Positions 26,190 to 39,799 of a DNA stretch of 64,000 nt are shown here, piece after piece; the stretch's first letter is position 1; each line of letters opens with the position of its first letter. A program made the translations under genes and the position numbers. This DNA comes from Malacoraja senta (lineage: Eukaryota). Under the pieces are notes generated by a model. The model made no database searches. It saw only the letters and a list, made by a program, of their open reading frames with translations, and was not told the DNA's origin. The DNA is taken from positions 1,428,001-1,492,000 of the forward strand of contig CM075996.1 in assembly GCA_038087875.1 (NCBI GenBank), read 5' to 3'.

Positions 26190-27922
26190 GGAGAGGAGAG
26201 GAGCGGGGCGCTGCCATCAAGATGAGGAGAACAGAGCTCCACTGTTCAATCCCAATCTATGGAGACTGTTTCTGTGAAGGATCTGGAGCCAGCTGTATTT
26301 CTCCACTGACTACTATTTGGTGAGAGGTTTAGCAGATACAGGTTTGCTTTATGTTCTGGTGGAAAATACCTTCCTAATAACCTTTTAAAACTTTCTGTGT
26401 CTGATGTAGCGCAGGCGTCCTTGTGCAGATAGCAGCAAGTTGTGGAATGTTTGTGTCTTAACGTTTATCAGGTCCTTGGGAGGTTGAGGCAAGGGGAAGA
26501 CTGGCCAAATAGAATGTCCTGATTTTTGTCCCCAAGAGCATCACAGTGAAGAGCAAATTGTCAATGATTATTTTATAAAATGTTGCAATTGGTACGTATG
26601 TTTTGTAAATGCACCATGTTACAAGAAGTTGAATTATTATTGTGTTACCTGTTTCATTGGCTGAATTATTAGATCAATGGATTTCTTGCAGCATCTCATG
26701 ATGCACGAGAATTTGAAATGAAATGCTGCCTAGCTCCAAATTAAGAATCAGTAATGTTCATTAGGTCGAGGCGACACTTGAGTCGATTTGTTAAGTTGGA
26801 GGAATTTATCCCATCTCCAACCATTTAGTACATTACTGCCTTTTGCTGTCTGTCCCCCTACATATCATGGGAGAAAGGATGCAAGCAATGTATAAGCTAT
26901 GAGGTGAACCAAAGGTCACAGGATATATTGGCTTAAGAATGGCGTGAGAAACCAAAAGGCCTCAATTGTAATTGTCAATTTCTGAACTATGAACAGTACC
27001 CCATCATCCCTGTGTGTAGTCAAACCATCTGTGCTACGTAAGGACACAGCGTGCTGGAGTAACTCAGCGGGTCAGGCAGCATCTGTGGAGAACATGGATA
27101 GGTGAGGTTTCACAGAGTGCTGGAGTAACTCAGCGGGTCAGGCAGCATCTGTGGAGAACATGGATAGGTGACGTTTTAGGTCAGGACCCTTTGTCAATCT
27201 GAAGAAGGATCCTGATGTGAAACGTCACCTATCCATGTTCCCCACAGATGCTGCCTGACCCGCTGAGTTACTCCAGCACTCTGAAACGTCACCTATCCAT
27301 GTTCTCCACAGATGCTGCCTGACCCGCTGAGTTACTCCAGCACTCTGTGAAACGTCACCTATTCATGTTCTCCACAGATGCTGCCTGACCCGCTGAGTTA
27401 CTCCAGCACTCTGAAACGTCACCTATCCATGTTCTCCACAGATGCTGCCTGACCCGCTGAGTTACTCCAGCGTTTTATGTCTACCTTCGATTAAAACCAG
27501 CAGCTGCAGTTCTTTCCTACACACTTCTTACTTGCTATCCAGCTGTGGAGTTCCAGTGGAGCTTCATCAACAGAGACTTGTTCGTTAACATCCTCTTCCC
27601 AACAATCAAGTTTGTAATAGTCCTCCTTTATTGTTCCAATGAGATAACGCAACATGACCTAATGGCTGAGCTCTGGGCCTTCCTGCTTCAGGTGATTTGC
27701 TGCAGGATTCGTTAGTTCACGTATCTTCACTTACCTGAAGGGACTCAATATCCTGTGTTTCCAATATTGCTCCATGTTTACAATGGCGATATTCTACACG
27801 GAAGGCAGGCTGCTGGTTGAGTCCTTCATCAGTGATGTGGAGCAAGACAAACATGACATCATACAATATTTTTTTATATAACAATGTGTTTTTTGGCCGA
27901 TTAACTTTTGTAACTGGGGAAA

Positions 27923-27965
27923 AATAAAACGTTATTATTATGTGTTTGTGTTGGTTTATTCTGGT
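27923..27965 (+). terminator. POLD1: Candidate POLD1 polyadenylation signal with GU-rich downstream element
   Basis: First canonical AATAAA I found after the stop (27923-27928), followed by tgtgtttgtgttggtttatt. Implies a 3'UTR of about 1.75 kb. Confidence 0.55.
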
Positions 27966-28649
27966 GAGCAGCGACTGTATTTTTGGGTAGCCTCGCTCGC
28001 ATCCTTGACTTATTCATGCAAGGAATAACATTGAGAGTGTCTGTGACTTTGGTCTCCAGGTGATCAATGGCAAGGGTCTTGACCGAAAACATCACCAATT
28101 CCAAATGGGTCGGCCATTTAGGATTGAGACTTTTTCACCCATAGAGTTGTGAATCTGTGAATCTCTGCCACAGAAGGCAGTGGAAGCCAATTCACTGGAC
28201 TTTTCAAGAAAGTTAGGTTTAGCTCTTAGGGCTAAAGGAATCAAGGGATATGGGGAGACAGCAGGAACGGGGTACTGATTTTGGGTGATCAGTCATGATC
28301 ATATTGAATGGTGGTGCAGGCTCGAAGGGCCGATTGGCCTACTCCTGCACCTATTTTCTATGTCTCTAATTGCAAGATTTTATTATCATGAAATTATGTT
28401 TGTGTTAACTCCAGGCTTACTGTCCAGCTTCAAGCATGGAGTCGGTCAACTCAACATCCTAAATGTTCTGCAGTACGTTCAGTTGTTAACTAGCCCCAGC
28501 ATAGAAGAGCATCTTGGATATCTGGTGGTGCTCCCTGGCTACAGATCAGCAAAGATTCAAGTCATCCAGATGGTGGAAGGCGTCACAATTGTAAGAGGGA
28601 GAGACAGGATAGAATCAAAGCACAAATAAATAAGGAATTTGTACGGCTG

Positions 28650-29548
28650 GAAGATAGACACAAAGTGCTGGAGTGACTCAGTGGGTCAGGCAGCATCTCT
28701 GGAGGAAAAGGATGGGTGACGTTTCTGGTCGGAACCGTTCTTCAGACTGAAAGAAGAGGGGGGAGGGAGAAACTAGAAGTAGGAACAGGCCAGAACAAAT
28801 GAGGCCGGCAACAGATGACCAAGGAAGGGTGGAGGCCATAATGGCCCATTGTTTGCTGGGGAAGAGGTGATAACTAGTGGGACAACTAGTAGTGGAACTA
28901 GTGGGACAACTAGTAGTGGGACAACTATTAATGGGACAACTACTAGTGGGACTACTAGTAGTGGAACTAGTGGGATGACCAGTTGTGGAACTAGTGGGGC
29001 AACTAGTAGTGGAACTAGTGGGACAACTAGTAGTGGGACAACTAGAAGTGGAACTAGTGGGACGACTAGTTGTGGAACTAGTGGGACAACTAGTAGTGGA
29101 ACTGGTGGGACAACTAGAAGTGGAACTAGTGGGACAACTAGGATGGGGGAGGAAGAGAGGGAAATCAGGGGTACTTGAAATTGGAGGAATCACCGTTCAG
29201 ACAATTGGGTTGTAAGCTACCCAAGCAAAATATGAGATGCTGCTCCTCCAATTTGCATGAAGCCTCACTCTTGACTGTGGAGGAGGCCCAGGACAGAAAG
29301 ACAGCGAAAGCAATGGTTTGTGCTGCTTCCTGCTTTGGGATTTTGGGCCGGAAGTAGAAGTAGACTGTGGGCTTGGGGATCTCTGAGATGGAGGAGGGAA
29401 GATCCACTGAGGAAATGAGATCAGTGAGTGCTTGCCTGGGAGATGGCAGTCTGATGTTCAGTGATGGGTCATGGTTCTGCAAGAGCTGGAGGTCAGTTTA
29501 GCGAATCACCACAGCACTGCCCTTGTCAGCAGGCTTGAAGAGGATGTC
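28650..29548 (-). mobile_element. Penelope-like element remnant (RT and GIY-YIG fragments plus pLTR)
   Basis: Minus strand DILFKPADKGSAVV, FYFRPKIPK and KLEEQHLIFCLGSLQPNCLN. pLTR with CTGAAGA...GAAACGTC at about 28717-28746. Confidence 0.8.
28873..29140. repeat. ACTAGT-based minisatellite (about 12/15/27-bp units)
   Basis: Repeats of actagtgggaca and actagtagtgga inside the Penelope remnant. Confidence 0.9.
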
Positions 29549-32500
29549 ATAGAGTGATACAGCGCGAAAACAGCCCAATTTACCCACACCGACCAACATG
29601 TCCCAGTCCCACCTGCCTGTGTTTGGCCCATATCCCTCTAAACATGTCCTATCCATGTACCTGTCTCAATGTTTCCTAAATCTTGCGATAGTCCCAACCT
29701 CAACCACATCCTCCAGCAGCTCGTTCCATACACCCACCACGCTTTGCATGAAAAAGTTACCCCTCAGGTTCCTATTAAATCTTTGCCCCCTCACCTTAAA
29801 CCTATGCCCTCTGGTTTTCGATTCCCCTACCCTGGGCAAGAGACTCTGATCGGATCTATTCCTCTCAAGGTTTTTGTATACCTCTTGAAGATCACCCCTC
29901 ATCCTCCTCAGATCCAAGGAATCTTTGGGCCGACCAGTTTAAGTTATCACAATGGGCCTGTTTCCGTGTCGTAGCTGTAAACTAAAAACAAAACCAGATA
30001 CTGGTGTAGAAAGAAAACCCAAGCCTTTAGTCCCTCGTGCAACTAATACAGTTCACGTGGTCGTGTTCAAGAGCCCTGATGCAACGTGGGCAAGGCAATG
30101 GAATGAATGTGAAATGAAGAGTGGACAAGTTGGGTCGATTGTCCCATCTCTCTGCTGTATTCTACGATTCTACCATGGGACAACCATTTGCTTTGGACGG
30201 CACTTTTTGCCATTTCCCATTTCCCAAGGAACGGGTGACGTTTTGGGTCGAGACCCTTCTTCAGACTGAAGGACCGTCACCCATTCCTTCTCTCCAGAGA
30301 TGCTGCCTGTCCCGCTGAGTAACTCCAGTCCAACCTTAACTTTCTTTATCTGTCTCTGCAGTAGAAGTTTCTGCCGTGGCATATATTATGCAAGAAAGGG
30401 GCTGGAGTGCAATTAGATTGTTCTGCCATCATTGTTATTTGTTTCATTCGACCTCAGGTAAAAGTTCCTCAAATTGCTATCTATCAGTTACATTTCTTCA
30501 CGTCCTCCTGATGGTCTTGAGCAGTAGTCTTGTGCAAACTGTTTCAGTTTCCTGCAGGAAACCAGAGGAGATGTCACCCTGTGGTTACTGCTCTTTTAAC
30601 ATTAGATTTCAATATTTTGTTCAGCTAACTTTTTTTTTTGGAGGGGGGGGGGGGGTGGGCAGGTTCCCTGTGTTCCTACCACCCCACCCCCTGCTCTCTG
30701 AATGAAAATCGCTCTCAGTTTGTTAATGTCTCCATTTTAATTCCATGCTTCACGGCCTGACTCCTCAACAAACCTGCTTCCCCAAGCCCACAAACTCTCA
30801 AATCTCCAGTTTAGTTTCAAGATACAGCATGAAAACGAGGCCCTTCGGCCCACCGAGTCCATGCCGACCAACACACACACACACCAGTTCCACGTTATCC
30901 CAAGTTCTCATCCACTGCCCACACACCAGGAGCAGTTTACAGAAGGCCAATTAACCTGCACGCCTTTGGAGATGTGGGAGGAATCCCACGCGGTCACAAG
31001 GGGAACGTGCAAACTCCACACGGACAGCGACCAAAAGTCAGGATTGAACCCTGGTCTCTGGCATTGTGAGGCAGTAGCTGGGCCACTATACCGCTTAATT
31101 CTTCCAACAGTCGCCTCCACTCCCTGAATTACATTCACCCTCAGTTTCTTAATATTTTAATATGAAGGTTGGTTCCGTGATTTTGTCTTGCCCTTATTTA
31201 GCACTTTAACTTACTGTGGGCCTGCCTCGACTGAGGTTGCCTTGTGATAAAAGGCCGAAACACCCAGTGACGTTGACGTACACAACTGAAGAGGTGTCTG
31301 ATTGGTAGCAAAATCACCCAGTGGTCACCCCCAAGAATGTCAATTGTGGTGAAAAACCTTAGGGATTGTAACATCCAGTCCTACTAATCAATATGTCCTT
31401 TTCCATAACTATTTAAAAACTAAATGGAACTGTGCCCACTGGTATTAAAGTTGTCCCCCACTGACACTGCCTGTTTCCACGCTCCAAGACGATGCTTGGT
31501 TTCACTTCACCAACCCCATCTGGAGCAGAGTGTTCAGTTGTGGGGGCCGCAGGTCAGGAAGGATATGTTGGCCCCAGAGGGGGGGGGGGGGGGTGGGGCA
31601 CGGTGTGGCCTCTCCAGCGTGTTGCTGGCCCTAATCGTTGGATGAGGGATGAGGTCTAATGTGAACATGGAGCTAAATCAATAAGAACTTTTCTTCCGTA
31701 CAGAAAAGTCGTCAGAAATTTGGAATTCCTCCCCGAACTTGGTGAGTGCCTCAAATAGAGACTGAGTTCATAGAATGCCACACCACAGAGCAGTAACATG
31801 GCCCAAGATATGAGTCTTGTCATCGGTTCCACTTCTCCATTCTTTCCTTGCTCTTGAGCCCTTTTTTCCTTTTGCAAGCATCGTCTTTTGTATTGAAAGT
31901 TGCTTTTGAAACAGCATTCACCGGAAGCCGCTGCGCATAATCCTATCATTAACCCGTGCAGGCCCCTATTCCCAATCTGATATTTTACAGCCTGCTATAC
32001 TAAAGTTAAATTGGGTTGTGAGAATCTGAAGGGTCTCAACCCGAAACGTCACCTATCCATGTTCTCACACAGATGCTGCCTGACCCGCTGAGTTACTCCA
32101 GCACTCTGTGAAACGTCACCTATCCATGTTCTCCACAGATGCTGCCTGACCCACTGAGTTACTCCAGCACTCTGTGAAACGTCACCTATCCATGTTCTCC
32201 ACAGATGCTGCCTGACCCGCTGAGTTACTCCAGCACTCTGTGAAACGTCACCTATCCATGTTCTCCACAGATGCTGCCTGACCCACTGAGTTACTCCAGC
32301 ACTCTGTGAAACGTCACCTATCCATGTTCTCCACAGAGGCAGCATCTCGGGAGAACATGGATGGGCGACGTTTCTGGATAGGTCTCTTCTTCAGGAGTAT
32401 TTTATTTGGAGAAGGCTGAAGCGAGAGTGGATGGAAGTCTGTAATTCGAAGACTCTGGTGGAGAGGTTGACTATGGGAGGTCATAGATACAAAGCAAAGG

Positions 32501-33129
32501 GGAAGAGAATTGAGAGTGACCCAGAGCCCAACTTCCCACGCAGGGCATGTGGTTGGAATGTGGAAGGCACTGCCTGCCTGCAGATGTGGACGCAGGTTCC
32601 TCTGTAGTCCTCAGGGGAAACTGGCTTATTATCCGGTGGGGAAGGCTGCAGAGAGTGCGCTGGGCTGGTGTGACCAGAACCTTGATCTGGTAGCGAGTTA
32701 GATTGGCCATGATGGGCCGAATGGCCTCAATATGTGTCAAAACTATCACCCGGCAGGGTCACAACATCGGAAGCCTGGATCGCCTCAGCGCAGAGGGAGA
32801 ACAAGGAGGGAAGTGACAGAGACTTTAAGACTTTTGCCTCCATCACAGTGAGGAGGTGCCTGGTGAACTCACTGTGGTGGATGTTAAATGTGTGTTTTTG
32901 TTATTTTATTATATGTATGACTGCAAGGCACGGCATTTTATTCAGACCGGAAACTCTGAATGACAATAAAGGATACTTTGACTTTACTTGGTCCTCTGAT
33001 TTCTACTCATGAAATCATACATCATGTAACAGGCCCTTCAGCCCATCAAGTCCAAGCTGACTCTCCCATTTTACACTCATTTTACCCTTCCCCCAGCCCC
33101 ATCATATCTCCCAGATTTACCGCACACCT

Positions 33130-33597
33130 GCGAATTGTGGACGCAGCCCAGACCGTCACGCAAACCAACCTCCCTTCCACTCTACATCACCTCACGCTGC
33201 CTCGGCAAGGCCAGCAGCATCATCAAGGACCAGTCTCACCCCGGCCTCTCCCTCTTCTCCCCTCTCATCAGGCAAGAGGTACAGAAGTGTGAAAACGAAC
33301 GAACACCTTACAGATTCAGGGACAGTTTCTTCCCAGCTGTTATCAGGCAACTGAACCATCCCACAAGCAGAGAGCAGCGCTGAACTACTATCTACCTCAT
33401 TGGTGACCCTCGGACTATCCTTGATCGGACTTTGCTGGCTTTACCTTGCACTAAACCTTATTCCCTTATCCCTTATCATGTATCTGTACACTGTAAACGG
33501 CTCGATTGTAATCATGTATTGTCTTTCCGCTGACTGGTTAGCACGCAGCAAAAGCTTTTCACTGTACCTCGGTACACGTGACAATAAACCCAACTCA
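33130..33597 (+). mobile_element. Rex1/Babar LINE 3' fragment
   Basis: SRCLGKASSIIKDQSHPG..LFSPL...RFRDSFFPAVIRQLN plus the tail ctcggtacacgtgacaataaa. Other copies at about 25680-26005 (+), 36818-36980 (+), 50372-50816 (-), 52880-53265 (-) and 61340-61560 (-). Confidence 0.8.
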
Positions 33598-33904
33598 ACA
33601 AAGGGCAGTTGAGCAGGACGCTAGAGTCTATGTGAGACTCCAACATAAACCCATCACAGCGAGTATGGGACAGCCCATCAGTGTTACATTGTCTTTGGCA
33701 ACAGAGGGACAAACTAAATAAACTGCTGCTCACGTTTATCGATAGATTTTCAGTTCAAGAAATGTGGTCCAAAGACAGGAGTAGAAATGAGACTCCAATT
33801 CACTGATTGAGTCACATTTCCTAAACTAAGACGCAGTCCTTTAAACCGATTATTTTGGTGTGGTGTACCTGACTTTCAGAAAGCATTTGATAAGTTCCCA
33901 CAGT

Positions 33905-34091
33905 AGACAAAAGCGCTGGAAAACTCAGCGGGTGCGGCAGCATCTATGGAGCAAAGGAAATAGGAAACACTTCTTCAGCCCGAAACGTTGCCTATTTCCT
34001 TCGCTCCATAGATGCTGCTGCACCCGCTGAGTTTCTCCAGCACTTTTGTCTACCTTCGATTTTCCAGCATCTGCAATTCCTTCTTGAACAC
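33905..34091. mobile_element. Palindromic Penelope pLTR derivative with a 17-bp TSD
   Basis: Inverted arms flanked by tgataagttcccacagt at 33888-33904 and 34092-34108. Confidence 0.8.
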
Positions 34092-34349
34092 TGATAAGTT
34101 CCCACAGTTTTTATCCACGAGTAGTTGCTCTACTCCAGCCAAAAATCTGTAGCCTCCCTTTGATCTGGTATTTTGTTGGTTCACATGCTTGATCAATGGT
34201 GTTTTATCATTAATGTTATATTATCATTAATGTTTAGTGTTTTCTGAGTCATTCGTAACGGTCACTGTATGTCATGTTGTCACTTGTGGGCGGAGCACCA
34301 AGGCAAATTCCTTGTATGTGAATACTTGGCCAATAAACTTACTTACTTA

Positions 34350-35488
34350 CATAGGAGATTAGTGGGCAAAATTGGGGCACACGGTATTGGGGGTAGAGTG
34401 CTGACATGGATAGAGAAGTGGTTGGCAGACAGGAAACAAAGAGTAGGGTTAACGGGTCCCTTTCAGAATGGCAGGCAGTGACTAGTGGGGTACCGCAAGG
34501 CTGGGTGCTGGGACCGCAGCTATTTACAATATACATCAATGATTTGGATGAAGGGATTCAAAGTAACATTAGCAAATTTGCAGATGACACAAAGCTTGGT
34601 GGCAGTGTGAACTGTGAGGAGGATGCTATGAGAATGCAGGGTGACTTGGACAGGTTGGTGTGGGCAGATGCATGGCAGATGAAGTTTAATGCGGATAAAT
34701 GTGAGGATGTTCACTTTGGTAGCAAAAACAGGAAGGCAGATTACTATCTAAATGGCGTCAAGTTGGGAAAAGGGGAAGTACAACGGGATCTGGGGGTCCT
34801 TGTTCATCAGTCTATGAAAGTAAGCATGCAGGTACAGAAGTCAGTGAAGAAAGCAAATGGCATGTTGGCCTTTATAACAAGAGGAATCGAATATAGGCGC
34901 AAAGAGGTCCTTCTGCAGTTGTACAGAGCCCTAGTGAGACCACACCTGGAGTATTGTGTACAGTTTTGGTCCCCTAATTTGAGGAAGGACATTCTTGCTA
35001 TTGAGGGAGTGCAGCATAGGTTTACAAGGTTAATTCCCGGGATGGCGGGACTGTCATATGCTGAGAGAATGGAGCAACTGGGCTTGTACACTCTGGAGTT
35101 TAGAAGGATAAGAGGGGATCTCATTGAAACATATAAGATTAGTAAGGGCTTGGACACGCTGGAGGCAGGAAACATGTTCCCGATGTTGGGGGAGTCCAGA
35201 ACCAGGGGCCACAGTTTAAGAATAAGGGGGTAAGCCATTTAGAACGGAGACGAGGAAACACTTTTTCTCACAGAGAGTGGTGAGTCTGTGGAATTCTCTG
35301 CCTCAGAGGGCGGTGGAGACAGGTTCTCTGGATGCTTTCAAGAGAGAGCTAGATAGGGCTCTTAAAAATAGTGGAGTCAGGGGATATGGGGAGAAGGCAG
35401 GAACGGGGTACTGATTGGGGATGATCAGCCATGATCACATTGAATGGGCTCGAAGGGCCGAATGGCCTACTCCTGCACCTATTGTCTA
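34350..35488 (+). mobile_element. CR1 LINE RT 3' fragment
   Basis: ORF 34406-35233 with GVPQG, FADD and VRPHLEYCVQFWSP, plus the 3' tail. Shorter CR1 3' ends at about 2905-3300, 4580-4945, 11505-11978, 16250-16480, 28110-28365, 36418-36810, 38602-38985, 41608-41822, 44008-44305, 49672-50210, 57988-58545, 62652-63082 and 63720-64000. Confidence 0.9.
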
Positions 35489-38400
35489 TCATCAGAGACC
35501 CACACCATCCTGGCCACGTTTCATTTCACCCCTGCCATCGGGAAGAAGCTCAGCTTGTCAGGAAACATCTGCGAAGTAAAATGGACAGGTGACGTTTTGG
35601 GTCAGAAATATCCCAGTGTAGGTGGAATTCTGCCTGATACCTTGGTCATCTGCCATCCCAACGCCACCAACTCCTTCTCTGCAACAACCAGAACAGTCTG
35701 AAGAAGGGACCCGACCCAAAACTTCATCTGTCCATTCCTTCCACAGATGCTGCCTGACCTGCTGAGTTCCTCCAGCACTCTGCTTTGTTCAAGATTCCAG
35801 CACCTGCAGTTAGTTGCATTTAGTTTAGTTTAGAGATACAGAGCAGAAACAGGCCCTTCGGCCCATCGAGTCCGCGCCAACAAGCCATCTCTGCACTCTA
35901 ACACTCCCCTACACACACTAGGGACGGTTTACATTTACACCAAGCCAATTAACCTACAAACCTGCACGTCTTTGGAGTGTGGGGAGGAAACTGAAGATGT
36001 TGAAGAAAGCCCACGCGGGTCACGGGGAGAACGTACAAACTCCGTACAGACAGCACCCGTAGTCGGGATCGAACCCGGGTCTGTGGCGCTGTGAGGCAGC
36101 AGCTCTACCCGCTGCGATACCCTGCCGCCCCGTGTTCCTAACCATTTCCAGTGTGGCTGCAAGGGAAGGCAATAAGAGCAAACTATTCCACATCTTTGAC
36201 AAACCTCCCGGTCCCACCGCTGCGCTGAGGTCACAGTGAACGCAGGTAAGAAAGAGGAACTGCGTGGAAGTATTCCTCTGGTTGGAGGATGTGTGTGACG
36301 TTAGATTAGCCACAGACTCCACAGCCGAGTTGTGCACAGGCTTCCTGGCCGATCCATCAGTTTCTTGTTTGGTCACCACTTTGGTGACTCTCGGACTATC
36401 CTTGATCGGACTTTGGTCATAAGTATTAGGAGCAGAAAGTCCACTCCGCCATTCAATCATGGCTGATCTATCTCTCCTAACCCCATTCTCCTGCCTTCTC
36501 CCCACAACCTGACACCTGTGCTAATCAAGAATCTATCTATCTCTGCTTTAAAAATATCCACTGACGTGGCCTCCACAGCCTTGTGTGGCAAATAATTCCA
36601 CAGATTCATCACCTTCTGACTAAAGAAATTCCTTCTCATCTCCTTTCTAAAGGAACGTCCTTTAATTCTGAGGCTGTGACCTCTGGTCCTAGACTCTCCC
36701 ACTGGTGGAAACATCCTCTCCACATCCACTCTATCCAGGACTTTCACTATTCAGTACGTTTCAATGAGGTCCCCCCTCATTCTTCTAAACTCCGGTGACT
36801 ACCAGCCCAGTGCCTGTAGTTTGCTGGCTTTTCCTTGCACTAAACGTTATTCCCTTATCATGTATCTGTACACTGTGGACGGCTCGATTGTAATCATGTA
36901 TTGTCTTTCCGCTGACTGGTTAGCATGCAACAAAGGATTTTCACTGTACCTCGCTACACGTGACAATAAACTGAACTAAACTTATTTGGGGATCATTATG
37001 TTCCTAAATCTGAGATGGTTATTCTCTTCCTTAGTCTCATTGACCCTGTGATCCCAGGAATGATTGGCTTAACATATGGTGAGCGTTTGATGGCACTGGG
37101 CCTGTACTCGCAGGAGTTTAGAAGGATGAGGGGACACCTCATGGAAACTTACCGAAAAGTGATAGGCCTGGAAAGAGTGGATGTGGGAGAGTCGAGGACC
37201 AGAGAGCACAGCCTCAGAATAAAAGGACGGACTTTTGGAAAGGAGATGAGGAGGAATGACTTTAGTCAGAGGGTGGTGAATTTTTAGTTTTAAAGATGCA
37301 GGGCGGAAACAGGTCCTTTGGCCAAACGAGTCCACGCCGACACTAACACTATCCTAAACATGAGGGACAATTTACAATTTTACCAAAGCCAATTAACCTC
37401 CAAACCTGCCCGTATTTGGAGTGTGGGAAGAAAACCGGGGCGCCCAGAGAAAACCCACGCAGTCACAGGGAGAACGTGCAAACTCCGTACAGACAGCACC
37501 CGTGGTCAGGATTAAACCCGGGTCTCTGGCGCTGTGAGGCAGCAACTCTACCGCTGCTCCACCGTGCCGCCCTGTAGTGAAGAGCATAGTTCTTGTGCCA
37601 GTGCTAGGGAACAGTGCTGGCTCGATGGGCCGAATGGCCTACTCCTGCACCTGTTGTCTATTGACTCCTGTTAACAGACTCAACCTGTGATGGGTGTAGT
37701 ATGTAAAACGCCTTCTTATACATGGAAAGTAGTGTGGGGTTTTTATTTGTAAATATGTAAAGCACTGGGCAAGAGGGAACTTTGCCAATTAGCCTCTCAA
37801 CATGCATTAGGCAACACCCAGAACAATAGCCAGATTACAAAATGTGCACCGAGTCCGTTAAATCTACTTGCCACAGAGTAGAAGAACAAAGATACAAGTA
37901 TGTAGGATGGAACTGCAGATGCTGGTTCAAACCGAAGATAGACACAGAGTGCTGGAGTAACTCAGCGGGTCAGGCAGCATCTCTGGAGAACATGGATAGG
38001 TGACATTTCACAGAGTGCTGGAGTAACTCAGCGGGTCAGGCAGCATCTGTGGAGAACATGGATAGGTGACGTTTCACAGAGTGCTGGAGTAACTCAGCGG
38101 GTCAGGCAGCATCTGTGGAGAACATGGATAGGTGACGTTTCCGATCGACACCTTTCACCAGTCTGAAGAAGGATCCTGACCCGAAACATTACTTATCCAT
38201 GTTCTCCACAGATGCTGCCTGACCCGCTGAGTTAATCCAGCACGCTGTGTCTATCTCTCCAATAATAAATAGGAGCTCAATGGTTTAAGAGCTCAGCTGA
38301 ATTAGTTGGTCGTTACAGTGGTGCCTTTTGGATTAGGGAGAGTTTAGAAATGGGGCTGTGAGATTTGAGATTCATTGAAACCATGGTCATTGATAGGGGT

Positions 38401-39799
38401 GGCTGGATTGGGGGTGTTATTGTATTGTGGAAGTTCTTGGATTAGTGAGTCATTGGAATTGCTTCCAGCGAGTTAGAAATTGGATCAGAAAAGGTCTTGG
38501 ATTCATGAGTCATTGGAATAGTTCCAATATGATCGGGTTTGGGAGTGTAACTGGAATGTGGTGGGTTTAGACGAGGGCTATGTTCATAACGTCTTAAGGA
38601 ATAGACAATAGACAATAGGTGCAGGAGTAGGCCATTCTGCCCTTCGAGCCAGCACCGCCATTCAATGTGATCATGGCTGATCATCCCCAATCAGTACCCC
38701 GTTCCTGCCTTCTCCCCATATCCCCTGACTCCGCTATCTTTAAGAGCCCTATCTAGCTCTCTCTTGAAAGCATCCAGAGAACCTGCCTCCCCCGCCCTCT
38801 GAGGCAGAGAATTCCACAGACTCACCACTCTCTGTGAGAAAAAGTGTTTCTTCGTCTCCGTTCTAAATGGCTTACCGCTTATTCTTAAAGTGTGGCCCCT
38901 GGTTCTGGACTCCCCCAACATCGGGAACATGTTTCCGGCCTCTAGCGTGTCCAAACCCTTAATAATCTTATATGTTTCAATAAGAATTCTGCCATTCGGC
39001 CCATCAAGTCTACTCTGCCATTCTATCACGTTGAATGAGTGGGTCACCATGACACTGGCGTGGGATGAAGGGGCTGTGGACAAGAGGTTCATTTGGTTGT
39101 TGCGCTCAAAGCTCCTGACGTGGCCTCCTGTTCGTTGGTGAGACCAAGCGTAGACCAGGTGACCATTTCACCCAACATTTGTGCTCAAGGCCTGCTGGAT
39201 CTCCCTGTTGCCAACCATTTTAATTCCCCTTCCCCATACAAACCGTTCTGTCCTGGGCCTCCTCCATTGCCAGTGTGAAGCCACACGCAAACTGGAGGAG
39301 CAGCACCTCGTATTCCGCTTGGGCAGCTTACGCCCAGCGGTATGAACATGACTCCCTTATCTCCCTCTCCCCTGACACCAGTCTGAAGAACCTGAAACGT
39401 CACCTATTCCTTCTCTCCATAGATGCTGCCTGTTCCGCTGAGTTACCCCAGCATTCTGTGTCTAACTTCGATGTGAGCATTGAATTCTCCAATGTCAAGT
39501 AATATCTCCCAACCAATTTATCTTTCTAAGCCTCATAACCCCACCTATTTCTCTCATTCCCCCCAACTTCACCTCCCACCTATACCACCACGGACGAGGT
39601 GGGCCGAAGGGCCTGTTTTGGGCGCTGGTGCAGTTCTATGACTCTGTAAGTCGGCGACCTGCAAGAGGTATTGGGAGCAGAGTTGTGTGTCAATAGTTGC
39701 CAGTGTTGCACAGGCAGGCTTCAGGGAACAAACAACCTATTGTCACTGCTTGTGATCGGAGGTGAAATCTCGCCACTGATTTTCATATCGTTGGATACA

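Noticed and set aside
28678..29215. Mucin-like TTSSG ORFs
   Set aside because: Minisatellite within a Penelope remnant, with no splice context.
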